In this document: positions 32,701-47,700 of the stretch, piece by piece
Layout of the letters: every line of letters begins with the position of its first letter
Position numbering within the stretch: the stretch's first letter is position 1
DNA from: Heterodontus francisci
Lineage: Eukaryota
DNA: 64,000 bases
Reading direction: 5' to 3'
Assembly (NCBI RefSeq): GCF_036365525.1
Contig: NC_090402.1
Location: 23,474,987 to 23,538,986 of the forward strand
Position numbers and translations under genes: made by a program
The notes under the pieces: model-generated
Database searches by the model: none
The model's input: only the letters and a program-made list of their open reading frames with translations
Told to the model about the DNA's origin: nothing

Positions 32701-35700
32701 TGTATCCCGTGCTATCACGGTCAGATCAATCGACGTCAAGCCAGTGTTCTTCTCCAACCATTGCCTCTTACTGGCCGACAGTCACTTACAGGACGACCAG
32801 CAGGTTGACTGGGACATGGAAGCTCAATGCTACACTGCTAACCCCAGAGAACATTGAGGAACTCCAAAGGGATTACAAAGGTTGGAGAACCATGAAACCC
32901 CTCTTTAAGTCTCCAGTTCACTGGTGGGAGGCGATCAAGGAGAACATCAAGAGGTTCTTTATCTTCAAAGGTGTTCAGAGGGCGAGAGAGAGAGACAGAG
33001 GGAAACGTCCTGACTCCAGAAAAGAATGCAAAATCTGCTCCGGCTGCAGTCGATGGGGGTTGAAGTCAAGGAGGATCTCCAAGAGGTGAAGAGCCAGCAG
33101 GCCTCACTCTTCACCACGGAGGCCTCCAAGATCATCTTCCGGTCCAGAGTCCGCTCCATTGAGCAGGATGAGACGTGCTCGCGTTACTTCTTCCAAAAGA
33201 TACACAGAGAGAGCTCTGTGATCAGCAGCCTGAAGGAAGAGGATGGTTCAGTAACATTTCCACAGTCCGACATACTAAGGATCAGCAAATCCTTTTGTGC
33301 TGGGCTGTACGACATGAAGCCCACAGACAGCACAGCCTCCCAGTCCTTCCTGTCATCTATCAAGGAGGTTTTAGTATGAGGGAGAGACTGGACAAGCCGC
33401 TAACTCTGGATGAGCTGACAAAGGCCGTCAGGTCCTTAGAGACGAGTAAAACTCCCAGAAGCGACGGCTTACCGGTTGAGCTTTATTCGGTTCTGTGGGA
33501 CAGGGTTGGCCCAGACCTGCTGGAAGTATATGAGAGTATGCTGCTGGCCGGCAGCATGTCAGAATCCATGAGGGAAGGCATCATCACCCTCATTTACAAG
33601 CGGAAGGGGGAGAGGGCAGAAATCAGAAATTGGCGGCTCATCTCACTGCTTAATGTTGACTACAAGATTCTGTCCAAAGTCATTGCCAGTCGGGTCAAGT
33701 CTGCTCTGGAGTTGGTGATTCACCCCGATCAGACCTGTACTGTACCCGGCAGGAAGATCTCTGATAGTCTCGCGCTACTCAGGGATACGATCGCCTATGT
33801 ACGGGACAGGAGGGTGGACACCTGCCTCATCAGCTTGGACCAGGAGAAGGCTTTTGACAGGATATCACATGCATAAATGATGGATGTGCTCTCCAAAACG
33901 GGGTTTGGGGAGGGAATTTGCAATTGGATCAAACTGCTCTACAAAAACATCAATAGCGCAGTCTCAATCAATGGGTGGGAATCAAAGTTTCCCGATCCAA
34001 ACTGGAGTCAGACAGGGCTGTCCTCTCTCCCCTGTCTTGTTTTTTTGCTGAGTCTATTAGGAAGGATGCGGGCATAAGGGGGTTGAACAATCCCAAGCAG
34101 CGGAGGCACTCAGTTAAAAAATCTCCCTGTACATGGACGATGTCGCCGTCTTTTGCTCGGACCCGCTGTCCATTCGCAGACTGAACGTCTGCGGCCAGTT
34201 CGAACTGGCTTCGGGAGCCAAAGTCAACCACGGCAAGAGTGAGGCCATGTTCTTTGGGAACTGGGCCGACCTATCCTTTGTCCCCTTCACCATCAGGTCA
34301 AACTACCTGAAGGTGCTGGGGATATGGTTCGGAAGGGCTGGGGCATGCGCCAAAACCTGAAAGGAGCGAGTAGCCAGGGTACACCATAAACTGAGCAAGT
34401 GGGAACAGCGTTCTCTCTCCATTGTGGGTAAGAACCTGGTCATCAGATGTGAGGCGCTCACGTTGTTGCTGTATGTGGCACAGGTCTGGCCCATACCCCA
34501 CTCCTGCGCCGTGGCGGTCACCCAAGCCATTTTCCGCTTTATCTGGAGATCGAAACTGGACTGGGTCCGGAGAGACACGATGTTCAAACCTCTGGATAAA
34601 GGCGGGGAAAATGTACCCAACGTCACCCTAATTCTGATGGCCACCTTTGTGTGCGACTGCATCAAGTTGTGTGTAGAGCCCCAGTACGCAAACACCAAGT
34701 GTCATGACGTGCTGAGGTTCTATCTGTCCCCTGTGTTGCGAAGAATGGGTCTGGTCACATTGTCGTGGAACGCTCCATCCAGTTGGACCGTGCCGTACCA
34801 CCTATCCTTCATGGGAAAGTTTCTGCGGGAAAACACCTTTGACCACCAATCCATCAGGCAGTGGACTGCATGGAGTGTGCTCAAGGCCCTACGGGAAAAG
34901 GAGATGATGGATCCTGTCAGATGGTTCCCCGAGCAGACTACCAAAGTCATTTGGCAGAATGCCTCATCAACAGAACTTTCAAAGACGTAGCTTGGCTGAT
35001 GGTGAGAAGGGCCCTCCCCATCAGATCCTTCCTGCACGCCCGGAGTCTCACCCCCTCCACACGCTGCCCTCGAGGTGGCTGCGGTGGGGAAGACACAGTT
35101 GCCACCTCCTTCTGGAATGTGTCTTTGCAAAGCAGGTGTGGAACAGGATGCAGTGGTTTTTGTCGAGGTTCATCCCAAGCAGCTCTAACACAGGAGTCTG
35201 TGCTCTACGGGCTGTTCCCAGGGACGCACACCGAGATAAACACCAACTGCTGCTGGAGGACTATCAATTCGGTGAAAGACGCTCTCTGGTCTGCCCGAAA
35301 CTTACTGGTTTTTCAGCGCAAAGAGTTGTCCACAACCGAGTGTTGCAGACTGGCACATTCCAAGGTCCAGGACTACGTGCTGAGGGACGCACTAAAGCTT
35401 GGGGCAGCCACAGCAAAGGCTCAATGGGGAAAGACCACTGTGTAAGGTCCTCCCGTCACAGTGAACTGAGGGGCTGAACCCATAGGAAAACTTCTCGGGC
35501 TGTATACATCAAATATGGGTTTACTGTAAAGTGTACCTGGCAAGTAAAAAGGTTGTGAGGCAACTCACTCCTGTATTGCAGAAAATTGATTTCCTTTGCA
35601 CTTTTTGGAATGTCAACTTGGTGCTGTTTTGAACTCTTCTTGTAATGCATTTTTGACAGATTTTTATGAATAAAGTATATTTTTGGCAGAAAAATAAGAT

Positions 35701-38700
35701 TGGCAGGAGTTGGCTGATCATATCAATGCTGGCAGCACTTGCTGGGAGCTTCAGTAATGTTGTTGCTGTTATTGGTCAATATACCCATTGATGAAGAGGC
35801 ACAGTAATAATAAACCCAGATGCAGGGGTGGAAATGAAATGGCAATGGATGATGTTGTTGTCTCTCATAATGACAACCCATCCACACCATTCCAGCACAA
35901 CCTCCACTCTTCTCTGATGGCTTCTCTTCTGCCAGAAAGCAGGCAGTGTGCAGCTGGCCCATCTCAGGCCTGTGCTCACAAAGTTCAATTTCTTATTCAA
36001 TTCTTATTCACATAAGAATGTAAGAAGTAGGAGCAGGTGTAGGCCATATGGCCCCGTGAGCCTGCTCCACCAATTAATAAGGTCATGGCTGATCTTCTAC
36101 CTCAACTCACCCCCATTGCCCTATCCCGATATTTCTTGATTCACTTCGTATCCAGAAACCTGTCAACCTAGTCTTGAATATACTCAACAACTGAGTGTCC
36201 ACAGCTCTCTGGGGTAGAGAATTCTAAAGATTCACAACTCTGAGTGAGAAAATTTCTCCTCATCGCAATCCTAAATGGTAGTCCCCTTACCCTGAGACTA
36301 TGACCCCTGGTTCTAGACTCTCCAGCTAGGGGAAAAATCCTCTCGGCATCTACCCTGTGTTACGGTCAAGTGAGGAGAGATTGAAGGGCTTCCCTCTTTT
36401 CCCTCTCCTTGTTTGACCACAGCAGGTTTAATTCTTTCTAAAAGTGGATGTACTGGCCAATTCAGTAGGTTTTTGATTACTTACTTACTTCCTATGATCA
36501 TAATAGGAACCAATTGGACAGGTTTTCATTAGTTTGGTTTAGGTACAATAAAGTTAACCTTATCTTTTTGTAAACTTATCAAAATAATAAAAGTTCACTC
36601 ACACACACACGCACATGCAAATAGATTACAAAGTGGGAAAAGGTAGATTGATTGAGTTAGAGTCCATAAAACAGAAGGGTATACAGTCTGTGGGGTTTGG
36701 TGATTCAGCTGGCTTCAAGCTGAATTCGGTGGTCCTGAGGCTTTTAGTTTGAAGAGGTTTGACTGGTTCGGTGGGTCTCTTTGAGACTGCAATGTGGATG
36801 ATTTCCTCCGACAGGGTTTCTGACTGTAGCCGGATTATGCAAAGGTGGTCAGTCAACAGGCAGGATTTGAAAGTTTTCAAGCTGGACTGGAGAGAGAGGG
36901 ACCCCCACTTAGGGTCTGCTCATTTCAGAGTCCAGTTGTTTCTCCTCTGCTGCAGAAAAAACACCAGCTTAAAACCAAAGATTGGGAGGGGCTTGTCACA
37001 TGACAGTCAATCAGTCATTCAAACATAGCAATTAGCAGTATTTCTTCTTGCTTAAAGAAAGAGAACAAACAGTTCCCTTAAACTGCCTGGGTCTTGGTTC
37101 TTGCTGGGGAATTCGCAGACATTTCGTCTCCCTCCTGACTGTCGTTGCATGTGGGTTACAGTGTTGCAAATTAGATGACCATCCTAAGCTGCTAGCAAAG
37201 TCATCTTTTTAAAAAAGATTTCTCATATCTCTGGCCCTAAGCGACCCCTGTTTACTTTTGCTATTCTGTTCCTTTTATACAAACTTGTAGAAGCTCTTAC
37301 AATCAGTTTGTATAGTTCTTGCTAGTTTACTCTCATTATGTTATCTCCCCCCTTTAATACTATCCTTAACTTCTCTGGTCTTTCTCTAGTTTCTCTCCTA
37401 TCTCTCCTCATGCCCTCTGAGGTCATCGTGTCATGAGACCCACCTCCTGCTGCCTCAATCCTGTTCCTGCTAAACTACTGGTCCCCATATTAGCTGATAT
37501 TGTGAACAGTTCTCTCTCTTCAGGCGTTGTCCCTCTCCTTTTAAATCTGCTGTTATCACTCCTTTCCTCAAAAAGCCAACCCTTGACTGCACTATCCCTG
37601 CAAACTACCGTCCCATCTCCAACCTCCCTTTCCTCTCCAGTCCTTGAACATGTTGTCCTCTCCCAAATCCGTTCCTATCTTTCCCGGAACTCCATTTTTG
37701 AATCTCTCCAATCAGGTTTCCACCCCTGTGACAGTATCGAAACAGCTTTTGTCAAAGTTACAAATTACATCCTATATGACTGTGACGAAGGCAAACCTTC
37801 CCTCCTTGCCCTTTTCAACCTGTCTGCAGCCTTTGACATGATTGACCAGACCATCCTCCTCCAATGCCTCTCCACTATTGCCCATCTGGATGGGACTGCT
37901 CTCACCTGGTTCCATTCTTATCTATCTAATCATAGCCAGAAAATCACTTGCAATGGCTTCTCTTCCTGCTCCTGCACTGTTACTTCTGGTGTCCCCCAAG
38001 GATCTATCCTTGGCCTCCTCCTATTTCTCATTTACATGCTACCCCTCGGCAACATCATCTGAAAGCATGGCATTAGCTTTCATGAACGCTGATGACACTC
38101 TGCTCTACCTCACCACCACTCTCTCGACTCCTCCATTGTTGCTAAACTATCAGACTGCTTATCTGACATCAAGTACTGAATGAGCAGAAATTTCTTCCAA
38201 TTAAATATTGGGAAGATTGAAGCCATTGTTTTGGTCTCCACTCCAAATTCTGTTCCCTAGCCACTGATCCCATCCCTCTCCTTGGCAACAGTCTGAGATT
38301 GAGACACTCTGTTTGCAAACTTGGTGTCACATTTGACCCAGCGATGAGCTTCTGACCTCATATTTGCATCATCAATAAGACCACCTATTTCCACCTCCAT
38401 AACTTCGCTCCTGTCTCAGCTCATCTGCTGCTGAAACCCTCATTCATACCTTCATTACCTCTTGACTTGACTATTCCAATGTACTCCTAGCTGGTCTCCC
38501 ACATTCCACTATCCATAAACTTGAGATCATCCAAAACTCTGCTGCTGATGTCTTAACTCGCACAAAGTCCCATTCACCTATCACCTCCATGCTCACTGTG
38601 TTCCTGGTCAAGCAATATCTTAATTTTAAAATTCTGATCCTTGTTTTCAAATCTATGCATGACCTTGCCCATTCCTATCTCTGTAATCTCCTCCAGCCCC

Positions 38701-41700
38701 ACAACTCTCCAAGATATCTGCGCTCCTCTAATTCTGGTCTCTTGAGCATTGTCAATTTTAATTGCTCCACCATTGGTGGACGCGCCTTCAGTTGCCTAGG
38801 CCCTCAGCAGCTCTGGAATACCCTCCCAACACCTCTCTACCTCGCTTTCCTTCTTTAAGGCTCTCCTTAAAACCTACCTCTTTGACTAAGCTTTTGGTTC
38901 TCTGACCCAATATTTTCTTATGTGGTTCAGTGTCATATTTTGTTTTATAATGCTCCTGTGAAGTGCCTTGGGGCGTTTTATTACATTAAAGGTGCTCTAT
39001 AAATATAAGGTATTGTTTTCGTCAGCCACGGTTGGATCTTTTCCCATGGAGCTTATATTCCTCAAAGGAATTTGTTTGATTGTCATGAAGACCCCACCTG
39101 CCAAGAATGAAGCATATTAATTTCGTCATATGAACATTAATTTTAATCTGTGGCTGGAATGAAGAAATGTCTTGTTTTAAAGAGATCAGCAGTGGCTGGA
39201 AAGCATTTGCATTCTAAGAGACGGTGCGTGGAGGCAATAGAATCCAATTAACCCAAATGGCTTTTGATCACCAGACATTCCAGGGTGTCTGCTAAGATGG
39301 AGAATCCACAAACACAGGAATTTGTTAAAACAGCCAGTCACATGACTAACCTGCTGGCCCAGGTTTTTGTTTGAACTACTCACAGCGCAGTTTGGGAGAT
39401 TGTCACTGAACTTGGAACAAGAGAGTCTCTCTCTCACGAATCTCCGGATCAGCTGAAGTCACTTAAACCTCGAGAGAAAAGACTCCCACATCGAAACAAG
39501 TTTTAAAGTGTGCACTGGGCCCTAACAAAACAGCAAGACTTACCAGCAACCAAAGACTGTACATTGAACTCAAACCATAAATAATTCCCAGATACTACCT
39601 CAAACCTTTTCCCCTTTTTATTCTTTTTACTTTTTCTGTCTCTATCTGCGTGAGTTTATCGCTCATTCGTAGTCGTTAACCGGATTAGAGTTTAAGGTTA
39701 ATAAACTTCCACCTTTCTTTTTTAAATCTAAAAAAACCTGTCTGATTGATTTCTTTGCCTTACAATTGGAAAGCAGTGAACAACGATTCACTGAGGGGGA
39801 GCTAAAACAGTGTTTTGAAGAATTAAACCCTGTTATGGTTAAACCAGGCAAAGGCTGAGAGGGAATCCCTAGACCCCTTTCTCACCTGGTGGTAACATGA
39901 ATTATTTCTTTAAATGTTTATCATTGCTCATCAACTTTAATTTCCTTATCTATCTTAGCCAACTTGCCCTTCATAACTACATGGCATTATTTAATCTTAA
40001 GATCCCAGTTTTGGACTAAAACACATAATTTTCAAAGTCAACTTGGAATTCATAATATTATGCTTAGAAGATTTCTGATTAGTTATATCTTATTACAAAA
40101 TACTAAATCTAAAATAACCTGTTCCCTAGTTGATTCCTCAATATATTGTCCTAGAAATCTGTCTCAAATGCATTCCATGAACTTGTCCTCCAAAGTACCT
40201 TTTGTTAATTTGGTTTGCCCATCCATATAAAGATTTAAAGTCCCCCACGATTATTGTGTTACCCTTGTTACATGCTCCTTTTAATTTGTTGATTTATACT
40301 TTGTCCAACACTAACTATGTTAGGGAACCTACAAGCAACTCTCACAAGATTTCTGTCCTTTGCTATTTCATAGCTCCATCCATATTGATTCTATATTCTG
40401 ATCTCCTCAGCTAAGATCCTATGTCACTACTGTCTTTAACTCATCCTTTATTATATGGGCCACCTCCACTCCTTTTCTATTTTGTCTGTCTTTTGTAAAA
40501 GTCAAGTAGGCTGCACTGTTTAGTTCACAACCATGGTCACCTGATAACATAACCTCAGTTATGGATACTAGATCAAGCCCGTTTACAATTTTTTATTTGT
40601 TCATGGGCTATGGGCGTCACTGGCTAGGCCAGCATTTATTGCCCTTCCTAATTGCCCTTGAGAAGGTGGTGGTGAGCTGCCTTGAACTGCTGCAGTCCAT
40701 GGGGTGTAGGTACACCAACAGTGCTGTTAGGAAGGGAGTTCCAGGATTTTGACCTATGACTCGATTTGTGTCATTAATTCATCTATCTTGTTACAAATGC
40801 TTTGTGGATTCAGATATAGTGCCTTTAGTTTTAACTTTTTACTATTTTTCCTTGATGTGACATTGCTTTATTGCTTTTGTTAAACTCTGTCCCTTCCTGA
40901 TGCACTCTGCTTGATTTTAGCCAAATCACTACTCTGCTCTACAGCCTACACTTTTTTTGAGACACATAGGCTGGAATTTTATGCCACCCCAGCGAGCCAG
41001 ATGGTGGCGTAAAATTGAGCGGGAGGCTCCAGGAGGCTTTCCTGATCCCGCTCCTGCCTCCGCCCTACTTTACCTGGGCCGGGGGTGGGGGGTTGGGGGG
41101 GGGGGTGTGATGGCGAGAAACAGGCCGCCCGCCCCAGGCCTATCAAGGCCCTTAAGGACCTTCGCCTGCCTCCACGGGGATTTTACCTGTGGCAAGCGGG
41201 CGTCCGGGAGATGTGAAAAGCTGCCCAGTGCCCTGGGGGTGGGCCCTGACAAATGGGTACAGGGTCCCCAATTGAGGGCCACCCCTGCTTCCCCAACCAC
41301 CGCCAGGACCCGAGACCCCCCCTTTTCCTCCAACCACCCCCCCCCCACCACCACCACATGACCACCCTTGCCTCACCGGGATGCGACCGATCACCCTGGC
41401 GAGGCAACCCTAACTTGGCTGTAGTCCTAGCTCCATGTGCTCGGCCGGGCTGCAGTCCCAGCAGTGGCCACTGCTCTCAGTGGCGCTGCTGAGACTAAGA
41501 ACTGCAGGCCTGATTGGCCAGCAGCTCAATGAGGCAGGACTTCCTCAAGTGTGTGGAAGTCCCGCCTTGGAACATTTAAAGCCTAGGGACCCATAAAATG
41601 CGGGTTGGATTCCCGGCTGGGTGGAAGCGGGTTCGGCACCGACTGTTTTATGTTGGTGGCCAGCTCCCGTCTGCCCGATGTAAAAATCCAGCCCATATAT

Positions 41701-44700
41701 TTACCCTCACCTGAACCCTCCTCCATTTCCCACCGCACCACCACCGCCGCCACCCCCCCCCCCCCCACCCACCTTATTATTTTAAAGCCCTATCTACTGC
41801 CCTAGTTATTCGAATCACCAGAACACTAGTCCCAGCCTGGTTTAAGTGGAGTCCATCCCAAGATAACAGCTCTTTCCTCAGTAGTGCAACCCCTGCCTCC
41901 CGTACCACTATTTCAGCCATGCATTTCATTCTCAAATCTGTTTGCTGCTATGCCAATTTTCACGTAGTTCAGCTTGTAATCCACAGATTATTACCTTTTG
42001 AGGTTCTGCTTTTTAATTTGGACTCTAGCTGCTAATAAGAACATAAGAAATAGGAGAAGGAGTAGGCTATACGGCCTTTTGAGCCTGCTGCAACATTCAG
42101 TAAGATCATGGCTGATCTGGTTTTGGCCTCAATTCCTTTCCTGCCTGTTCCCCGTAACCCTTTACACCCCTCTCGTTCAAGAATCTGTCTATGTCAACCT
42201 TGAATAGATTCAATGACTCAGCCTCTACAGCTCCTCAAGCTCCCTCAGCAGAACATCATTCCTAGTTCTACCTATGTTGTTTGTTCCTGTGTGAACCACG
42301 ACAATTGGATCGTCCTCCTGCTGCTAGTTCTTCTCCAGTCCTTGACCCTGGCACCAGACAGGTGACACAGCCTTCAGGACTCCCTAGCCCCACCGCAGAG
42401 AACAGTATCTATCCCCCTTACCATACTACCTCCTACCACTATCACATTCCTTTTCACGCCCCCACTTGAATAGCCTCCTTTACCATGGTGCTGTGATCAG
42501 TTTGACCACTGTCCCTGCAGTCTTTGTTCTCGTCCACACAGGTAACAAGTAGCTCCCACCTGTTGAATCGAGGCAAAGACTAAGGTTCCTCCAGCACTGC
42601 ATTTGAGGTCCCCTTGCCTGCCTCAGTTGCACTCGCATCCTCCTGTCCCCGACCACTAACCAAATCTAAACTGTTTCCTAATCTAAGGGGTGTGACTGCC
42701 TCCCTGACGTATCATAATGTCTGCACCTCGAGCTCCAGCTCATCAAATCTGAGCTGATTCCTCAGGTTGTGGACACTACAGATGTGGCTGCCTGGGATTA
42801 TGTTGCTCTCCACAAACTGAAGATAATGCACACCTCCTGCACTGCCATCTCTATCTAAACTGTTACAACCAAGACGGGAGGAGTGCACTGTTAATTCAGT
42901 CCCACTTCTCCACAGGTCACAATATATATTAAAATTTTCCCACTTACCGAAACAGTCAATCCGATACTCTATTTGTCTCCAGAATAAAGCACACCAACCA
43001 GGTTTCTTTAATAAACAACAAAATTATCCATTTATTACAACCCAAGTCTTATCCAATAATGCAGTAAACATATACGTGCATTGAAATATTAAAGCCCCTT
43101 CTTTTTTATTCTAGCCCTCACACACGCAACTGCTTAACTGGGGGAAAAAAGGATTTTTGTTTACAGCTGTTACAAAGAAATAGAAGGAATAAAAAAATAA
43201 CTTATACTGCATAGATGCTATGGAAGTCCTTTGTTTTGGCGAGGTGTCCCAAAGGCGAATAGGTGGCTGCCACTAAGAATCTTTCCAGGTGATGATGATG
43301 AACAGTATGTTTTGGCGAGGTGTCCCAAAGGCTGCCACTAGGAATCTTTCCAGGTGATGATGATGAACAGTCTGTTTGGGTAGGTGTTCAAAGAAATTCA
43401 GCTACAGAAGGCTTCACATAGGTCTTGCATCAGGAGTGCAGCAACAAAGGTTTCAGTTCTCACACATTCGATACAAAGTTCTTTAAAAGATGCAAGATTT
43501 CTACAAACATTCAGGATTTCTTCAAAATACAAAAGGCAACAATACAACTTGATACAGGATTTGCTTCTCAAGAGCAGGGATTCTTCAAAGAGAGGTAACC
43601 GTTGTCTGGGTTTTCTTCTGATCTCTGGGCAGGTCAATAAGCAAACTCCAACTGCCTCTTTATCCAAAACCAGCTGGCTTTTTAACAGTTCAAAATGAAG
43701 CCAACTTTTTCCAGGCCAGCTCTATGACATCATATATTCTGACTTGTCAATAAGCAAAAGCTCTTGAGGTCAAAACACAACCGCCTGCTATAATAAAAGC
43801 AAAATACTGCGGGTCACTGACCCGAAACGTTAACTCTGCTTCTCTTTCCACAGATGCTGCCAGACCTGCTGAGTGAATCCAGCATTTCTTGTTTTTGTTA
43901 CAACCGCCTGCTATGTTTACTTGAAATCATGTGCCTTCCAGTAAAAACTTGTTTACTGGTCAACATTTCTGTTGACCTTCCTTTTTAAAAAAAAAACCCC
44001 AAAATTTAGCTTCTTCAAGATTCCAGCATCCATGAAAACCTTTTCAGTTTTTAAAACTTGAGAAACTATAATTTTTTTTTAACAAAAAATGGAAACCCAC
44101 GTTTTTATGTAATTAACTTACTTGGTTTATTTTTAGTCTCTTTATACGAATTAATTTGTCAGAATTGTTTAAGATTGTGTTTGCTTGGCAGTGTAATGTT
44201 ACATACTGTAATAATAGTGGTGAACTGATTCTGTAAATTGCTTCTTTTCCAACAGGCCCAGTGAAGGCTTGTGCGTTCTCTGCTGACTCTAAGCTCTTCG
44301 CCACTGGTTCCTATGATTGTACCGTAAGAGTGTGGGACACAGAAAGAGCACAGTGTCTGCGCATTCTACAAGGTATCTGGATGAGAAAATAGTCTGATCG
44401 CAACTGAGAGTAAACACTGTTATGCAGCATAGTGGTGAACAGGGTTATTATCTTTGCCTAGGCTAAAACAGGATAAGGATAGGAATGAGGACTGAACTCT
44501 GGACTGGGGTAAGGGCTTGGAGTTTGCTGCATTAACAAGGTGCTATTGGCATGTGTGAAACAGGCATAAAACCAAACTTTTATAAACCTGTCCAGCTCAA
44601 AATTAGATGGTTGTCAACCCCACATGATTTTCTGGTGCTGCCAGACCTGCTGAGTGTTTCCGGCACTTTCTGTTCTCGTTTCAGATTTCCAACATCTGCA

Positions 44701-47700
44701 GTATTTTGCTCTTATGATTTTCTGGTTTGTTCTGTTTGAATTTTATGAGGCTGTTCTGTGTTGTTGCTTCAGTGGTAGATAAATCCTGAATCACAACACA
44801 CAGACCTGTTAATATCAGCAGCTTGCCATATATGCCAATTAATGGAAACATGGATTTAAACGTGCTCCCTAGGGCTCCACATTATTTATTTATTGATACA
44901 GCACTAAAACAGGCTCTTCAGCCCACCGAGTCTGTGCCAACCAATGACCACCCATTTATACTAATCCTACATTAATCCCACATTCCCTACCACATCCCCA
45001 CAATTCTCCTACCTACACTAGGGGCAATTTACAATGGCCAATTTACCTATCAACTGCAGGTCTTTGGCTGTGGGAGGAAACCAGAGCACCCGGTGGAAAC
45101 CCACACAGTCACAGGGAGAACTTGCAAACTCCACATAGGCAGTACCCAGAACTGAACCCAGGTCACTGGAGCTGTGAGGCTGCGGTGCTAACCACTCTGC
45201 CACTGTGCCGCCTGTATCTCAAAACTGTGGGTACATTTTGTATATGGTGTGGAGGAAATTTTAAATAAAGGGAGAGTTTCTAATGTTAAAAAACTGGCAT
45301 CAACAGAGTAAACATTAAGACCTGTTTTCAACCCAGTCTCAAATATTTTATTACCCTGTTTCTGGTAGAGTGAAGATAATGCCATGACTAATCCATTCCA
45401 AATTTTTAATCAACTGGATCGTTTTCCATCCATTCATGTTGTATAGCAATCCAGTGCACACAGCTATTCCCAATGAATAGAATGCAAAGCAATAAGCCAT
45501 TTCCCATTTACTCCCATCATCTAGAACTCTTGATCCAGTCATTATAGTTAAATACAAAAATTGGGGCCCATATTTTGAATAGGATATTCCCCAATTAATT
45601 AAGACCTAGGTAAAATATGATGAACCCTTTTCCAAGCAACCTTTTCCAAGGAACTGTTGGGTAGTTCAGACTTGTGTTGAATGTTTTTATTGGAATGAGT
45701 TATTGAATGAATCATAGATTCTTGCAGAACAGAAGGTGCCCATTGTGCCTTTGCCAGCTCTTTGAAAGATTATCCAATTAGTCCTATGTCCCAATCTTTC
45801 CTCATAGCACTCAATTTCTTTCCTTTTTGAGGTTTATATCCAATTCCTTTATGAAAGTTGTTATTGAATCTGCTTCCACCACACTTTCAGGCAGTGCATC
45901 CCAGATCATAACTTTCAGCCTTTAATAAAAAATAAAATCCCTTCTCATCTCTCTTCTGGTCTTTCGCCAATTATCTTAAATTTGTGTCCTCTGGTTATAG
46001 ACCCACCCAACAGTGGAACTAGTTTGTCCTGATTTACTCTGTTGGGCCCCTTCATAATTTTGAACACATTTATTAAATCTCCCCTCAACCATCTCTGCTC
46101 TAAGGAGAATCCCAGCTTCTCCAGTCTCCACATAACTGACCCCCCCTGATCCCCGGTATGCCTAGTAGATCTCTCCTGCACCCTTTTCAAGGTCTTGACA
46201 CCATTCTTAAACTGTAATGCCTAGACTTGGATACAATACTTCAGCTGCGGCCTACCTGATGATTTATAAAGGATTAGTATAATGTTTGCTTTTGGACTTT
46301 ATGTCCCTTTTTATAAAATCGTATTTTATTTTAAACAGCTGCATCAATTTGTAACACCTTGAAAGCTCTGTGTATGTGAACCCCCAGTTCTCTGAATGAG
46401 TAAACATTATGAAGAAAAGATTCACCTGCAATCTATAGAACTCCTGGTCCCAGTTTAAAATCGATTTTTAGTGACCTAATCCACAGAATTTGAGATAAAC
46501 AGCTAACATTATGAGTCAAGATTGGCTTAACTTGTTTTTCTAAGAAGTTTTCAAGTGTTACTTTGTGAAAAGATAAATAAAATTAAATGATCAGATTTTC
46601 TCGGTCTAGAATAATCCCTCTTTCCAATCAGTTTTTACTTGGTTATTATGTGTAAAAACTAGGTTATTCTGTATAGTTTGCTGCAAAGTACTCCTCTTAC
46701 TGTCATAATAGTATAAGAGCACGTAATAGATACAGATGAGGGATGCTATCTTATCCATCTGGGAAAAACCTAGTCTCCTTAACATAGTCTCCAGCTGGAT
46801 CTTGAATGGAACTAAGGAATGTTTGCTTGCCTGCAAGATCATTCTATAGATTGGTTGCTGTGCGAAGAACTGTTTCCTGACCTCAGTTGTAATTTGACCC
46901 TCTATCAGATTTATTCTGAGCTCCCTTGTTCTGTCATAACTTGGCCTTGAACTGGTGCTTCAGTTTGACCTTTTCTGTGCCAGTTGCTACCTTACATGGT
47001 TCTTTAAGGTCACCTCTCGCCAGCTTTCAAGACTGGAGTTGTAGTTTTTCCAGCTATTACTCATAATTCAATTCTCACACCAGGGCTGGAATTTTACACC
47101 CCCCCCCCCCCCCCCCACCCCACACCAAAGGAGCAGGTTGGTGGTGGGGGGGAGGGAGGGGGAGGGGGGGCAGGGTAAAATGGAGTGGGAGGCTCGGGGG
47201 GCCCTCCCCGACCCGCTCTCACCTCCACTGCCATTTTATGCAGGGTGGCAACGAAAACCGGCCCGCCTGCCTAAGGCCTATCAAGGCCCTTAAGTGGCCA
47301 GTTAATGGCCACTTAAGGGCCTCCGCCCGCCGCCACGGGGATTTTACCCTTGGCCGGTCGGGCGGCCCAGGCCTGAGAAAAGCCACCTGACAAAAGCAGG
47401 CGGTTTTCTGACGGCCTGGGAGGGGCCCTCATGATCAGGCATCCTGTGCCCGATGGAGGGCTGCCCCCAATGCCCCAACCACCCCAAACTACTACCCTTG
47501 CCTTGCCGGTGCTCGAATGATCACAAAAACGTACCTTTTCCCATGGCGTCCTTCCTCTTGTTGATGCTAAGTCGCAGATGTGGCCACCGCTCCTGGTAGA
47601 GCTGCTGGCCTGCTGATTGGCCGGCAACTCCATTAGGTGGGATTTCCTGCCTCAATGAGGTGGAAGTCCCACCTCAGACCAATTAAGGGCCTGGAGACCG

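Noticed and set aside
40957-41805. Cluster of Pro/Gly-rich ORFs
   Set aside because: By-products of the GC-rich MITE and homopolymer runs.
43235-43378. CRISPR-like or functional repeat array
   Set aside because: Only two tandem units with no spacers, inside an LTR-like element in vertebrate DNA.
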